From assembly GCA_964016885.1 (NCBI GenBank), contig OZ024748.1, positions 7,316,001 to 7,380,000 of the forward strand: a DNA stretch of 64,000 nucleotides, written 5' to 3'. A program made the translations under genes and the position numbers. The number at the start of each line of letters is the position of its first letter. The stretch's first letter is position 1. The DNA comes from Eledone cirrhosa (Eukaryota). Of the stretch, positions 19,750-29,254 are shown piece after piece. The notes beneath the pieces were generated by a model, which saw only the letters and a list, made by a program, of their open reading frames with translations, made no database searches and was not told the DNA's origin.

Positions 19750-22700
19750 TTACAGATATATACTCAGAGTCGGCCCATTCACTCGGGCCATTCTTGCTTC
19801 TCTCACCCATCTTTCAACAAAATGCTGGGAAGAGAGCACTTCCTTCTCTACTCTGATTTTCCTTTTCAAATGAAATTTGAAAAAGTCAATCAGAGCATCA
19901 CCGAAGAGGTAAGTGCTCGTCTTCAGCCCTTTCAAACGTGTCCACCATACTATCTCTTTCGCCATGGCCACCAGACAGATAAAAACTGCCTGCCCTTCCC
20001 GGCTAAAGGAGGAGGGCGGGGCAATCCTCACGATAGACTCAGATGATAGCTGGATCCGTCCTAAACGCGACAGCAGGTGTTCGACATAAACCCACAAGTC
20101 AGCAATTTTCGGACACTGGACGAGTGCGTGCAGGACGGTTTCGTCGCCCTGCGCGCATCTCGGACATGCCCGGCTGACGGCACCTCCATGCCTGTAGAGT
20201 TTATCCCGAACTGGCAAGGCTCCTCGGTAGCACTGCCAGGCCAGAGATTTCTGGAAGTTGTCCATAGGCCCTGGCCCGAAGGTTCTTCCGAAGAGATTGG
20301 CTAGTTGATTTTCGTCGACGCCTAGAGTTTCCCCAAGTACGTCGTCGCTCTTCCCCTCCACTAATCCTCTATAGAACGCCGAGGTGGAGTTTCCACCGAT
20401 CACATTGCCCGATTGGTCGAGGGCTGTGAGCGCCTGAAGACATTCCAGTCTCCAGGCGCTCCCTCTCGGTCTTCGCTTGACCCAGGACTGCAGCTCCGTC
20501 AAGGAAACGAGCTGGGGAAAAACGCGTCTAGCAAACGGCGACCACACCTGATCACCGTCGAGGAAGAGGTGGAGATGTCGTAGCCTGAGCGCGTGCCTGC
20601 GCATCATCAGCCACGGCATGCCCAGCCCTCCACGTAGCGGGTGTTGACAACAGATGGACCGCCTGACCATCGGAGCACGTCCCTTCCACAAAAAGCGAAA
20701 GAGCAAACGCTCCAGCGCAGTCAGGCGAGGCTTAGGACAAGGTACGACGGTTAGGCGGTAGCAGATGACAGACGCGATGTACGCGTTAGCCACCTCCGCT
20801 CGACCTTTCAGGGATAGCTTCCTCTCCGCCCATTTCTGGGTGAGAGAAGCCACCCTGCTCGTCACCTCGTCCCAGTTTTTGTCCGTCTGGAGGTCCGGAC
20901 CGAACCAGACCCCTAGCAATTTAACCGGTCCGTCCGTCCAGCGCCCGACGACGCTGTTGGACGGCATGGACCTGCCTCTCCAGGTGCCGAGCTGCAGGCC
21001 CACTGACTTTTCCTGGTTGATCATTGCTCCTGTCACCGCTTCGTATTCTCTTAGTGTAGTGCCGATCGCCTCGATGTGTTTGGCGTTCGACACCACTACG
21101 GTGACATCGTCCGCATATGCTGACACGGATCTTCCGCATCCTAGTTCGCGCGGGACTCCCCTCAACGTCTCCAGTTTGTGCAGTAATGGCTCGAGAGTCA
21201 ATACGTACAAGAGGGACGAGAGGGGACATCCTTGGCGGACCGAGCGCATGATGTTGAACGGTTCCGACAGGTGACCGTTCACTCTCACCACAGAGCAGAT
21301 GTCGCTGTGCATGGCAGCGATCCAGCCTCTGAAGACGGGCCCAAAGCCAGCCGCCCTCAGGACTGCCGCTAGGTAACGATGGTCGACCCTATCGAAAGCT
21401 TTCGACTGATCTAAATTGATCAAGGACCCACCCGTGCCAGGTTCCCTAGCTACCCTCTCTACGATGTATCGCATGAGGTGGAGGTTGTCGTGGATGGATC
21501 TGTCGGGAATGGCGCATGTCTGCGCCTCTCCCACCAGACCACCAACGACAAGCGCCAACCTCTTTGCTAGCACCTTGGCCAAAATCTTAAACTCTGTGTT
21601 TAGCAGAGTTATGGGCCGGAAATTGTCTATGTTATCCCCCTTGTTCGGATCCTTTCTCAGCAGTGCCACCGCTCCTCGGCTCACAGAACTGGGAATTCTC
21701 CCGTTCTGTTGCCAGTTGCAGTAGACGTCCGCCAAGAGGCCTCCGAACAAGTCTGGCATCTGTACGTAAAGTTCATAGGGCAGACCATCCAAACCAGGCG
21801 ATTTACCCCTTGTGCAGCCAGTCATTGCCTCCCTTACTTCAGCGGCTGTTATCGGCTTTTCGCAACACTTCGCCTCAGTGGCCGAGAGCCGCGGCAGTCC
21901 GTCGAGGTAGACACTAAAGTCCATCCCTCTACCCGGCCCCCCGCTGCCCCCGAACAGCTGAGCGAAGTGTCGCTGAAAAGCTTCACACATTTGCCCGGGA
22001 TCGAGTAGCATGCGCCCGTCGTGGTCCACCAAAGACCGGATCGTGGCTTTGTTGCCACGACGCGCCTCCGCCACTCGGGCCCATTGAACGGCTTTCGTCC
22101 CCTCGTGTCTGAGAGCACGCACCCTAGCTCTGACAACGCAGCCTTCGTGCTTTGCATTGAAGAATTGGTCAAGGGCCAATTTCGCCGCAAGCACGTCGGT
22201 CGCAATGCCTTTGCTAAGCGCCTCGTCTAATTTTCTAACTAGTTCTCCCTCTGCTCTATTTTTCTCTATTGCTAAAGCCTTACTAAACCTAATCGATTCT
22301 ATTCTAATCGCTCTTTTCAGAGCAAACCACCACTTGTTGTTGACGATGGCCCCCGTCAACGCCCGCTTAACTAGTTCGCTAATCCGGTCTCTGTAGGCCT
22401 TGCGCGCTGGTAAGGACGCGTTTAGCTTCCAGTAGCCGGGTCCTCGTCTATGAAGCCTATCTAAGTCAAGCACACAGATCACGAATTTGTGGTCCGTGTA
22501 GCTGACTATCTTGAATTGTGGACAGCCTATGCTAGACCTATCTATTTCCCTACAAAATACTCTATCTAGATATGATCTGGATGACCCTATGCGGTTTGTC
22601 CAAGTCCACATTGGCACATTCGGGAAATCCAATCGGTACCTGTCAGACAGTTCAAAACGCCTGAGCAGGTTGGTGAGGCTCTTGCACCCTCCACCCCTAT

Positions 22701-23169
22701 CCGCTAATCCCACACAGTCCCAGCGTGCATCTAAGATCCCGTTCCAGTCGCCCACTAACACTAAAGAGCGCGACGTTCCAAGAAAGGTCTCCAGACGCCG
22801 GAAGAAATCAGGCCGCCCTGCTCCTGTCGGGGCATAGACGGCCACTAGCCTGAAAGCTTGCCCGTCTCCGCTGGTCACGTCCAGCACCACCAGCTTACCC
22901 TCTGGGTCCAGGAAGATGGCCCGTATGGCGAGATCCAAACCTCTCCGAAAAAGCACAGCAACTCCTCCACCCGATCCAGGACGGCTGGGAGATGCGTACA
23001 CATCGTAGCCGCCGAAGATCGGTGCGAAGGCCCGTGCTTCGGAGATTCTGGTCTCGCTGATGGCCACTACATCTATGTTTAGTGACCTGAGGTCGTTGAG
23101 CAGGTGACCCTGCTTCCATGACGACCCCAAGCCACGCGCATTTATGCTGCCTATTCTGAGTGAGGTCAT
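19750..23169 (-). CDS. LINE ORF2: APE endonuclease + reverse transcriptase + C-terminal CCHC (1139 aa)
   Basis: APE motifs SINARGL, ISETR, VYAP, GDWN, YLDRVF, TDH. RT motifs KSPGLDG, FRPITLLN, DQSKAFDRVDH, RQGCPLS, YADD, LLG. C-terminal CPRC-x-ETVLHALVQC. No stops or frameshifts. Confidence 0.97.
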   Translation of the reverse strand: MTSLRIGSINARGLGSSWKQGHLLNDLRSLNIDVVAISETRISEARAFAPIFGGYDVYASPSRPGSGGGVAVLFRRGLDLAIRAIFLDPEGKLVVLDVTSGDGQAFRLVAVYAPTGAGRPDFFRRLETFLGTSRSLVLVGDWNGILDARWDCVGLADRGGGCKSLTNLLRRFELSDRYRLDFPNVPMWTWTNRIGSSRSYLDRVFCREIDRSSIGCPQFKIVSYTDHKFVICVLDLDRLHRRGPGYWKLNASLPARKAYRDRISELVKRALTGAIVNNKWWFALKRAIRIESIRFSKALAIEKNRAEGELVRKLDEALSKGIATDVLAAKLALDQFFNAKHEGCVVRARVRALRHEGTKAVQWARVAEARRGNKATIRSLVDHDGRMLLDPGQMCEAFQRHFAQLFGGSGGPGRGMDFSVYLDGLPRLSATEAKCCEKPITAAEVREAMTGCTRGKSPGLDGLPYELYVQMPDLFGGLLADVYCNWQQNGRIPSSVSRGAVALLRKDPNKGDNIDNFRPITLLNTEFKILAKVLAKRLALVVGGLVGEAQTCAIPDRSIHDNLHLMRYIVERVAREPGTGGSLINLDQSKAFDRVDHRYLAAVLRAAGFGPVFRGWIAAMHSDICSVVRVNGHLSEPFNIMRSVRQGCPLSSLLYVLTLEPLLHKLETLRGVPRELGCGRSVSAYADDVTVVVSNAKHIEAIGTTLREYEAVTGAMINQEKSVGLQLGTWRGRSMPSNSVVGRWTDGPVKLLGVWFGPDLQTDKNWDEVTSRVASLTQKWAERKLSLKGRAEVANAYIASVICYRLTVVPCPKPRLTALERLLFRFLWKGRAPMVRRSICCQHPLRGGLGMPWLMMRRHALRLRHLHLFLDGDQVWSPFARRVFPQLVSLTELQSWVKRRPRGSAWRLECLQALTALDQSGNVIGGNSTSAFYRGLVEGKSDDVLGETLGVDENQLANLFGRTFGPGPMDNFQKSLAWQCYRGALPVRDKLYRHGGAVSRACPRCAQGDETVLHALVQCPKIADLWVYVEHLLSRLGRIQLSSESIVRIAPPSSFSREGQAVFICLVAMAKEIVWWTRLKGLKTSTYLFGDALIDFFKFHLKRKIRVEKEVLSSQHFVERWVREARMARVNGPTLSIYL

Positions 23170-23204
23170 GTTTAAAATAGAGTGGAAAAGATGGGAAAGA
23201 CCAC

Positions 23205-25304
23205 TTACCGTATTTTTGGTAGAGGAGGGATGGTTTTTACATCCCTTTTCACTTGATCGTCTGGTGAAGGGACCGTTGAATCGTCCCTTCGGCTGGTCGT
23301 CGGCTCTTCTAAGAGAATGTCTGAATATACTCTTCGATTAATGGTTCCTCCTAGGTCCCTGAAATCACCAACTGCGTTGGGGAATTTCGTTTTAATGTTT
23401 GTGTATTGTTTCTGTGCTATTTTTAGCAGTCTTATGTTAGTTGGCGTTTTGATTGGTGCTGGTATTATGTAGTCCTGTTGTGAAATGTCTGTGTGTTCAA
23501 TTATGTAAGTCATTAGTTTCTTGTTGTGTGTGTTTATTGCCGTGCATTTGTTTTTCTGGGGGTGGGGTGTGGTTCTGCTATTTTCTTGTCGTTGTTGCTG
23601 GGTGTGTGTGTTTTGTTGTTGTGTTTGCGATGTTGGTGCTTGTGGTGGTGGTGTTGAAGGTGTTGTTGGCGGTGGGGTTGTCGCCGGTGGTGATGGTGGT
23701 GCTGGTGTGGGTGGTGATGGTGTTGGTGGTGTTGCTGCTGTGGGTCTCTTTGCAGTAGACTTTACCCTTTTCTCATTTCTTTCCTCCCTTTTCAAAGGCG
23801 ACGATGCGCTGCTTCTGCGTTTGTGCCTTCTTGAGACCTTTTGCCATCCCTCTCCCACCTCACACTCCATGTCTGATTCTGTAAGGTCGGGGAGGGGTAC
23901 CAGCTCCACTCTTTCACTTGTTGTTGTTGGTGATGTTTGCACTGGAGTCTCTGTTGCAGCTGCATTTGGTATTGCTGTTGTTGTTGTTAATATTTCCACT
24001 GCTGCTGCTGTCTTTGATTTCCGTGGAGTGGGTATGGGTGCCACGGACCTATCGTTCCTGGTTGCCGCTTGTCCTGTTGCTGGTAGCCGTGGAACCGGAT
24101 TCGGGAGGAGGGGGGTTTTCTCCTTTCTCAGGGTCTTCTCGTTGCAGAAGGCCCTGAGGTGAGTCTTCGATCCACAGCGAAAGCATTTCGGGCGTTTGCC
24201 CTCAACACTTATGGGCAGTTGAGTGCCGTTATCGAAGTCTATCACATCCGGGATAGCTTCGATGCACTCCTGGTTGGTTTGGATTAGCATCTCAATGGAG
24301 GAGCCGACCCAATCTTCTCTTACTTTTTTCTGTACTTGCAGTACAGTTGTTTTGTCCTCGATTCCGACGAGGACAGACGCGGCCAGCCAAGAAGGGGTCA
24401 TTCCGGGGGGGACGTGGGTCAGTTTGACCCTCACAATTTTTTGCCCGCAGTAGGAGGGCACCAACACCATTTCCTCGCTCCTTAGGGTCACTATTGATTG
24501 GGCCTTTGCCTCCTGGGGTGTGGCAAAAAGTACGTCTACGGTGGCGTATTTTTTGCCTCGGGTGATGTGCGTTTTCCTCTGCCACACAGACCCCAAGGCT
24601 TTTTGTATTTGGGCCTCTGTGGCTCTTTCCACCCTACGGGATTTTGTACTTACTGTACGGTACGTGACCGTACAGTGCTCTTGGGTTTCGAAAAAATTTT
24701 TCGCTGCCTTGCAGATTGCTCGGTGTCCGTTCTTTGTCACCATCTTCTTCGCTTCCTCTAATTCCTCATTTGTTATGAGGATTGTTTCCAGGTTTTTCGC
24801 AATACCTGCAAATGAGATTGGTTTTTCTCTGCTGTTGTTGTTGTCGTCAGAGCTGCTGGTACTTTTGTTGTTGCTGCAGGTACTACGACTACTGCCTCCG
24901 CCGCTGTTGCTGTGGTTGTTGTTGGTGTTGCTGCTGCTAATGCTGTTGTTGTTTATGCTGCTGGTGATGCTGTTGCGGCTGCTACTGTTGTTTTCATTGT
25001 CACTGTTGCTGTTGTTATTACGGCTGCTACTGCTATTATTCCTGACGTCAGACGAATGAACTGGGTTTTCGTATTTCCCGCACACCTGTTTCGTCGCTGT
25101 CGTCGTCGTCGTGGAGAAACCTTGCACGCTTTGCACGAGACTTTTCTTTTCTTTCGTCGCTTGCGAAAGAGAAGGTAGGGAGAGAGACACATTTAAAGAA
25201 GGGAGGGAGAGAGACAATCTTCTCTCTCCTGTAGTGATGATTGAGGAAGAAGAAGACGGAATGAGTGGGAGTGACGTATGAAATTTTTTTTTTTTGGTAG
25301 CCAT
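23205..25304 (-). CDS. LINE ORF1 (gag-like nucleic-acid-binding protein with CCHC zinc knuckle)
   Basis: Open frame 25337-23205 with first ATG at 25304 (MATKKKKF). CX2CX4HX4C knuckle CFRCGSKTHLRAFC at 24144-24185, followed by basic and P/T-rich segments. Lies directly upstream of ORF2. Confidence 0.9.
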   Translation of the reverse strand: MATKKKKFHTSLPLIPSSSSSIITTGERRLSLSLPSLNVSLSLPSLSQATKEKKSLVQSVQGFSTTTTTATKQVCGKYENPVHSSDVRNNSSSSRNNNSNSDNENNSSSRNSITSSINNNSISSSNTNNNHSNSGGGSSRSTCSNNKSTSSSDDNNNSREKPISFAGIAKNLETILITNEELEEAKKMVTKNGHRAICKAAKNFFETQEHCTVTYRTVSTKSRRVERATEAQIQKALGSVWQRKTHITRGKKYATVDVLFATPQEAKAQSIVTLRSEEMVLVPSYCGQKIVRVKLTHVPPGMTPSWLAASVLVGIEDKTTVLQVQKKVREDWVGSSIEMLIQTNQECIEAIPDVIDFDNGTQLPISVEGKRPKCFRCGSKTHLRAFCNEKTLRKEKTPLLPNPVPRLPATGQAATRNDRSVAPIPTPRKSKTAAAVEILTTTTAIPNAAATETPVQTSPTTTSERVELVPLPDLTESDMECEVGEGWQKVSRRHKRRSSASSPLKREERNEKRVKSTAKRPTAATPPTPSPPTPAPPSPPATTPPPTTPSTPPPQAPTSQTQQQNTHTQQQRQENSRTTPHPQKNKCTAINTHNKKLMTYIIEHTDISQQDYIIPAPIKTPTNIRLLKIAQKQYTNIKTKFPNAVGDFRDLGGTINRRVYSDILLEEPTTSRRDDSTVPSPDDQVKRDVKTIPPLPKIR

Positions 25305-25555
25305 GTTTTTTTGTTTAAAATGAAATTTTGGGTACAAAACCCCAATAACTGGTTATTTAACCCCGAAGGGCCAAATAACGGACAGAAAGACCCCTCTCAC
25401 GAGGAGGAGGGTGTCTTTATCAACAATTTGGTTCAAGTTTTAAACAATTTACAATTGTTTTAACGGTTAAAAATTACTATACCTTACAGAGCCGAGCCTC
25501 CGTCAACCATGGCATTCAATAATAATAATAATAATAATAAATAAAAAATAATAAT

Positions 25556-25797
25556 TTGGAACTGCCATGAAGTCAGAGTGTGATAGACGCACTAGGAACT
25601 ATCTCAAAGAGTTTCCAAAGATGGTTAAAGAAAGTTAGTCCAGCCCCGCATTTTGGAACACTTCAAAAGGCATGCTTTGCTGGGAACAGCAAGAACCCTC
25701 CGATACGTCCTGAATATCTGAGGCTGCAGGTAGTGGCTTGATATTCATATCAACAAACTTTCCAGTTAAATAACATCAATGACTGAGACTCAAAGAA
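25556..25797 (+). mobile_element. Second, shorter 5'-truncated R4/Dong-type 3' end (frameshifted)
   Basis: Homologous to 19181-19430 (ttggaactgccatgaagtc...gactgagactcaa) with indels and substitutions. Flanked by (AAT)n on both sides. Confidence 0.88.
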
Positions 25798-25995
25798 CAA
25801 TAATAATAATAATATTAATAATAATAATAAAATGGTTGATATGTTTTGTTTTATGTTATTTATATATTTTTTGTATTGAATTACTGTAAATATTCTTTTT
25901 TTTTTTTTCATTTATCTATATTCAGAGCATTAAAGAAGACACAATAATAATAATAATAACAGGAGAGAGAGAGGGAGAGAGAGAGAGGGGGGGAG

Positions 25996-26035
<40 letters not shown>

Positions 26036-26185
26036 GGGGGGGGGGAGAACAACTATAATTGTCAAGAAAATCCCTGCCAAAGTATAAAGAGAAGTCTGTG
26101 AATAGTTAGATGAATGAGGAAAGTTCCGGATCAGATGATCTTAAAATGAAATTTGGGCAGAGTGTGAACACAGCGTATCGTAGCC

Positions 26186-26390
26186 ATTGTTGTTGTTGTT
26201 GTTGTTGTTGTTGGTGTTGTTGTTGATGTTGTTGTTGTTGATGATATTGTTGTTATTATTGCTACTGTTGTTGTTGATGTTATTGTTATTATTATTGCTA
26301 CTGTTGTTGATGTTGTTGCTGTTGTTGCTATTGTTGTTGTTGCTATTGTTGTTGATTTTGTTGCTGTTGTTGTTATTTGTTATATTTATA
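26186..26390. repeat. (GTT)n-derived trinucleotide microsatellite
   Basis: gtt/gct/att runs giving a poly-L pseudo-ORF. Confidence 0.85.
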
Positions 26391-26629
26391 TTATTCTTTT
26401 AAATACTAAACGTGAAGTGTGAGTAATAAACAATAACAATAACAATTATAACAGGTTTTTTATTTTGTACTTTATTTTGTTAGTTTTCTTTTCTGTATTT
26501 TTTTCTTATGTTTTTTGTTTTGTTCTTTTTTTTTGTTTTTTGTTGTTGTTTGAGGGGAGGGGGGGATTTATTGGAATGGTGATCCATAAGTCATGAAAAA
26601 GTGATTTCCCCTGAAGAATAATATTTCAT

Positions 26630-26860
26630 CACACACACACACACACATACACACATGACCACACACGTACACCATCTCACCCATACACATACACATACAC
26701 ACACACATGACCACACACGTACACCATCTCACCCATACACACAAGACACACACACATATCCACAACGTGCACCATCTCACCCATACACACAACACACACA
26801 CACATACACATGACCACACACGTACACCATCTCACCCATACACACAACACACACACACAG
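26630..26860. repeat. Four copies of a ~50-60 bp minisatellite
   Basis: Core catgaccacacacgtacaccatctcacccatacac (third copy diverged), separated by CA runs. Confidence 0.85.
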
Positions 26861-26994
26861 TCATACGCTACCACCAAACACACATACACAAGCTCACAAA
26901 AACAGAGTATGGTTTTGATATACACACACGTTCATGAATGTAGAGCTACACACACAGATATACATATGTATATAGGAATGTTAGGTAAGATTTA

Positions 26995-27034
<40 letters not shown>

Positions 27035-27284
27035 TTTACTTACTTATTTTTCAGCAGATATTCTGGTGATAATTTATCAGAAAGTGTTTTTCTTTTTGTA
27101 TATTTACTTCTAATTTTGGTACAGGGCAATTGCCCCGGGCCCCCTGCAGTGATGGAGCCCACTCGCGACGGTCGTAGTAATTTAGTTGTGCCCTCAGGCT
27201 GGGCTTTTTTAATTTTAGGATGGTTAGAATTTTTTAATTTAATACCTAATATGTATAACTTTTCAATTCTAATTATTCGCGCCA

Positions 27285-27350
27285 ATTTCAAATCCCACCG
27301 AGGTCAACTTCCCTTTTCTTCCTTCCGGGGTCAATAAAATAAACTACTAG
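27285..27350 (+). mobile_element. Degenerate Meta-like SINE fragment
   Basis: ttcaaatcccaccgaggtcaacttcccttttcttccttccggggtcaataaaataaac. Confidence 0.65.
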
Positions 27351-27440
27351 CTAATCACTAGTATAGATATAATCCACTTTCATACCTCCTCGGGTTACTG
27401 GACATTATATCAATTAAACAGAATAATTACTTTACATAAT

Positions 27441-27625
27441 TGTTTCTACTTTTGGCACAAGGCCAGCAATTTCCCAGTACATTACTGGTACTTTGTTTTA
27501 TCGACCCCGTAAGGATGAAAGGCAAAGTCAACCTCGGCGGGATTTGAACTCAGATCGTAAAGGGGCGAAACTATGCTGGAAAGCATGGCGTCCGACCCTC
27601 TACCGATACTGCCAATCCACCGCCT
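27441..27625 (-). mobile_element. Full-length tRNA-derived Meta-like SINE with 17-bp target-site duplication
   Basis: Minus strand has A-box tggcagtatcgg, B-box gagttcaaatcc, central domain and tail. TSD taattactttacataat at 27424-27440 and 27626-27642. Confidence 0.9.
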
Positions 27626-28559
27626 TAATTACTTTACATAATATTTACATAATTACTTTACATATTACCCAATATGTAATATTGTGTCATAATATTCCCA
27701 ACCCCAGTCAGTCAAACGACAATACCAACTGAGAAGTGAAAAAAATTTTTTTTTTTAAATAGCTGGGATTTTTTTAACCATTTTTTTTTTTTTCATCCAT
27801 TAGACAGAAATATTTATCCGTTGGAATTACCATATTTTAACTAAAAAATATAGACTAACAGCAGAGAAAGAAAGAATCTCGTGAGATATAGGCAACTGTG
27901 AAGAACTGAAGAGACCAGGCTGCAAATCGATTATTTAGAAGACAGCACCATTGATATTCAGACACTGGCGTACGGTATAACAATATTAAAGACTATATAA
28001 TTACATTTAGTCAAATAAACGAATCTTTAAATCTCTGTAGATGTACATTTTTATGCTGAAAAGTTCCAACCTTAACTATTAAAATGATAATAATAAAATT
28101 AGAAGAACAAAAACAAAAAGAAAACATTTTATTGATTATCCCTCCCACCACCACCACCTCAACAGCAGCAACAGCAACAACAACAATAACAGCAACAACA
28201 GCAGCAATAACAGCAACAACAACCTCCTATTACAACTCTGAGTAATAACGTAATCATTTGAAATAAAATAAACCGCGGTAACATGTTTAATTTACCTGTG
28301 ATATATATATATATATTTATATACACACATATATATATACACACACATATATATATACACACACATATATATATACACACACATATATACATACACATAT
28401 ATACATACATACACATATATACATACACATACACATACACACATACACATATATACATACACATATATATATACATATATATATACATATATATACATAT
28501 ATATACATATATACATATACACATATATATATACATACATAAGCGCGCGTGCGTATCAT

Positions 28560-28622
<63 letters not shown>

Positions 28623-28902
28623 CACACACACAATCTGTCGAAGCTCTGTGTAATATGAAATATTTTAAAGAAAGTCTAGGAATCCCAAACGTAGGCAAAA
28701 CTATAACAACTGTCGGTTGCTATAAATAATTGCTTAGGAAATTGGGTAAAATACACTTATGGATGGGAAAATGTGACCAACAACATGTTCTCTTCTATAG
28801 GGATATCTTACCTGATTTATAGCAATCAACTATTGTTACAGCTTCTACTGCATTTGGGATTACTACATTTTCTTGAAAGGATATATACATATATATATAT
28901 AC

Positions 28903-28949
28903 ACATCCCCAAAAAATGTATACAAAGTCTGTATACATATTTGGTGGAC

Positions 28950-28954
<5 letters not shown>
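28903..28954. mobile_element. Internally deleted Tc1/mariner-type MITE copy
   Basis: ccccaaaaaatgtataca..tgtatacatatttggtggacaccct between (TA)n. Confidence 0.55.
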
Positions 28955-28981
<27 letters not shown>

Positions 28982-28985
<4 letters not shown>

Positions 28986-29254
28986 AATATAGATGAGATT
29001 CTACAGGACTAGAACTGTTTCATTCTTTAGAAATCATCAGGAATCCTGATGATTTCTAAAGAATATATATATGTATGTATGTATATATATATATATGTAT
29101 ATATTCAGATGATGTACTACGATATTTAAATCCTGATGATTTCTAAAGAATGAAACAGTTCTAGTCCTGTAGAATCTCATCTATATTAAAACCTTTATAC
29201 TCTGCTCTGTATTGAGTACCTTACTTACTGTGGTTACCTCCGATTCAACCCGGA
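28982..29254. mobile_element. Family A short element (Penelope-end-like) with inverted 5' copy and hammerhead motifs on both strands
   Basis: 28982-29042 is the reverse complement of 29131-29190. The plus unit continues with tattgagtaccttacttactgtggttacc..caacccgg, shared with 35620-35748 and 53276-53480. Confidence 0.8.
28996..29046 (-). ncRNA. Candidate type I hammerhead ribozyme (family A)
   Basis: Minus strand gattc-CTGATGA-tttctaaagaat-GAAA-cag-ttctagtc-ctg-TA-gaatc. Stem I gattc/gaatc, stem III ACAG/CTGT, GUA cleavage triplet. Confidence 0.65.

Larger units (their letters stand above)
19487..25517 (-). mobile_element. Full-length Tx1/L1-group non-LTR retrotransposon (LINE)
   Basis: 5'UTR 25305-25517, ORF1, 35-bp spacer, ORF2, 3'UTR with AATAAA (tttatt at 19493-19498) a few bases before an (ATT)n tract. 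Both ends abut (AAT)n. Confidence 0.93.

Noticed and set aside
19699-25192. Numerous + strand and alternate-frame ORFs inside the LINE
   Set aside because: Shadows of GC-rich ORF1/ORF2 with no recognisable motifs.
19181-25797. Dong-like segments as a giant target-site duplication or LTRs of the LINE
   Set aside because: They differ at many mostly synonymous sites, have different 5' ends, and are separated from the LINE by (AAT)n.
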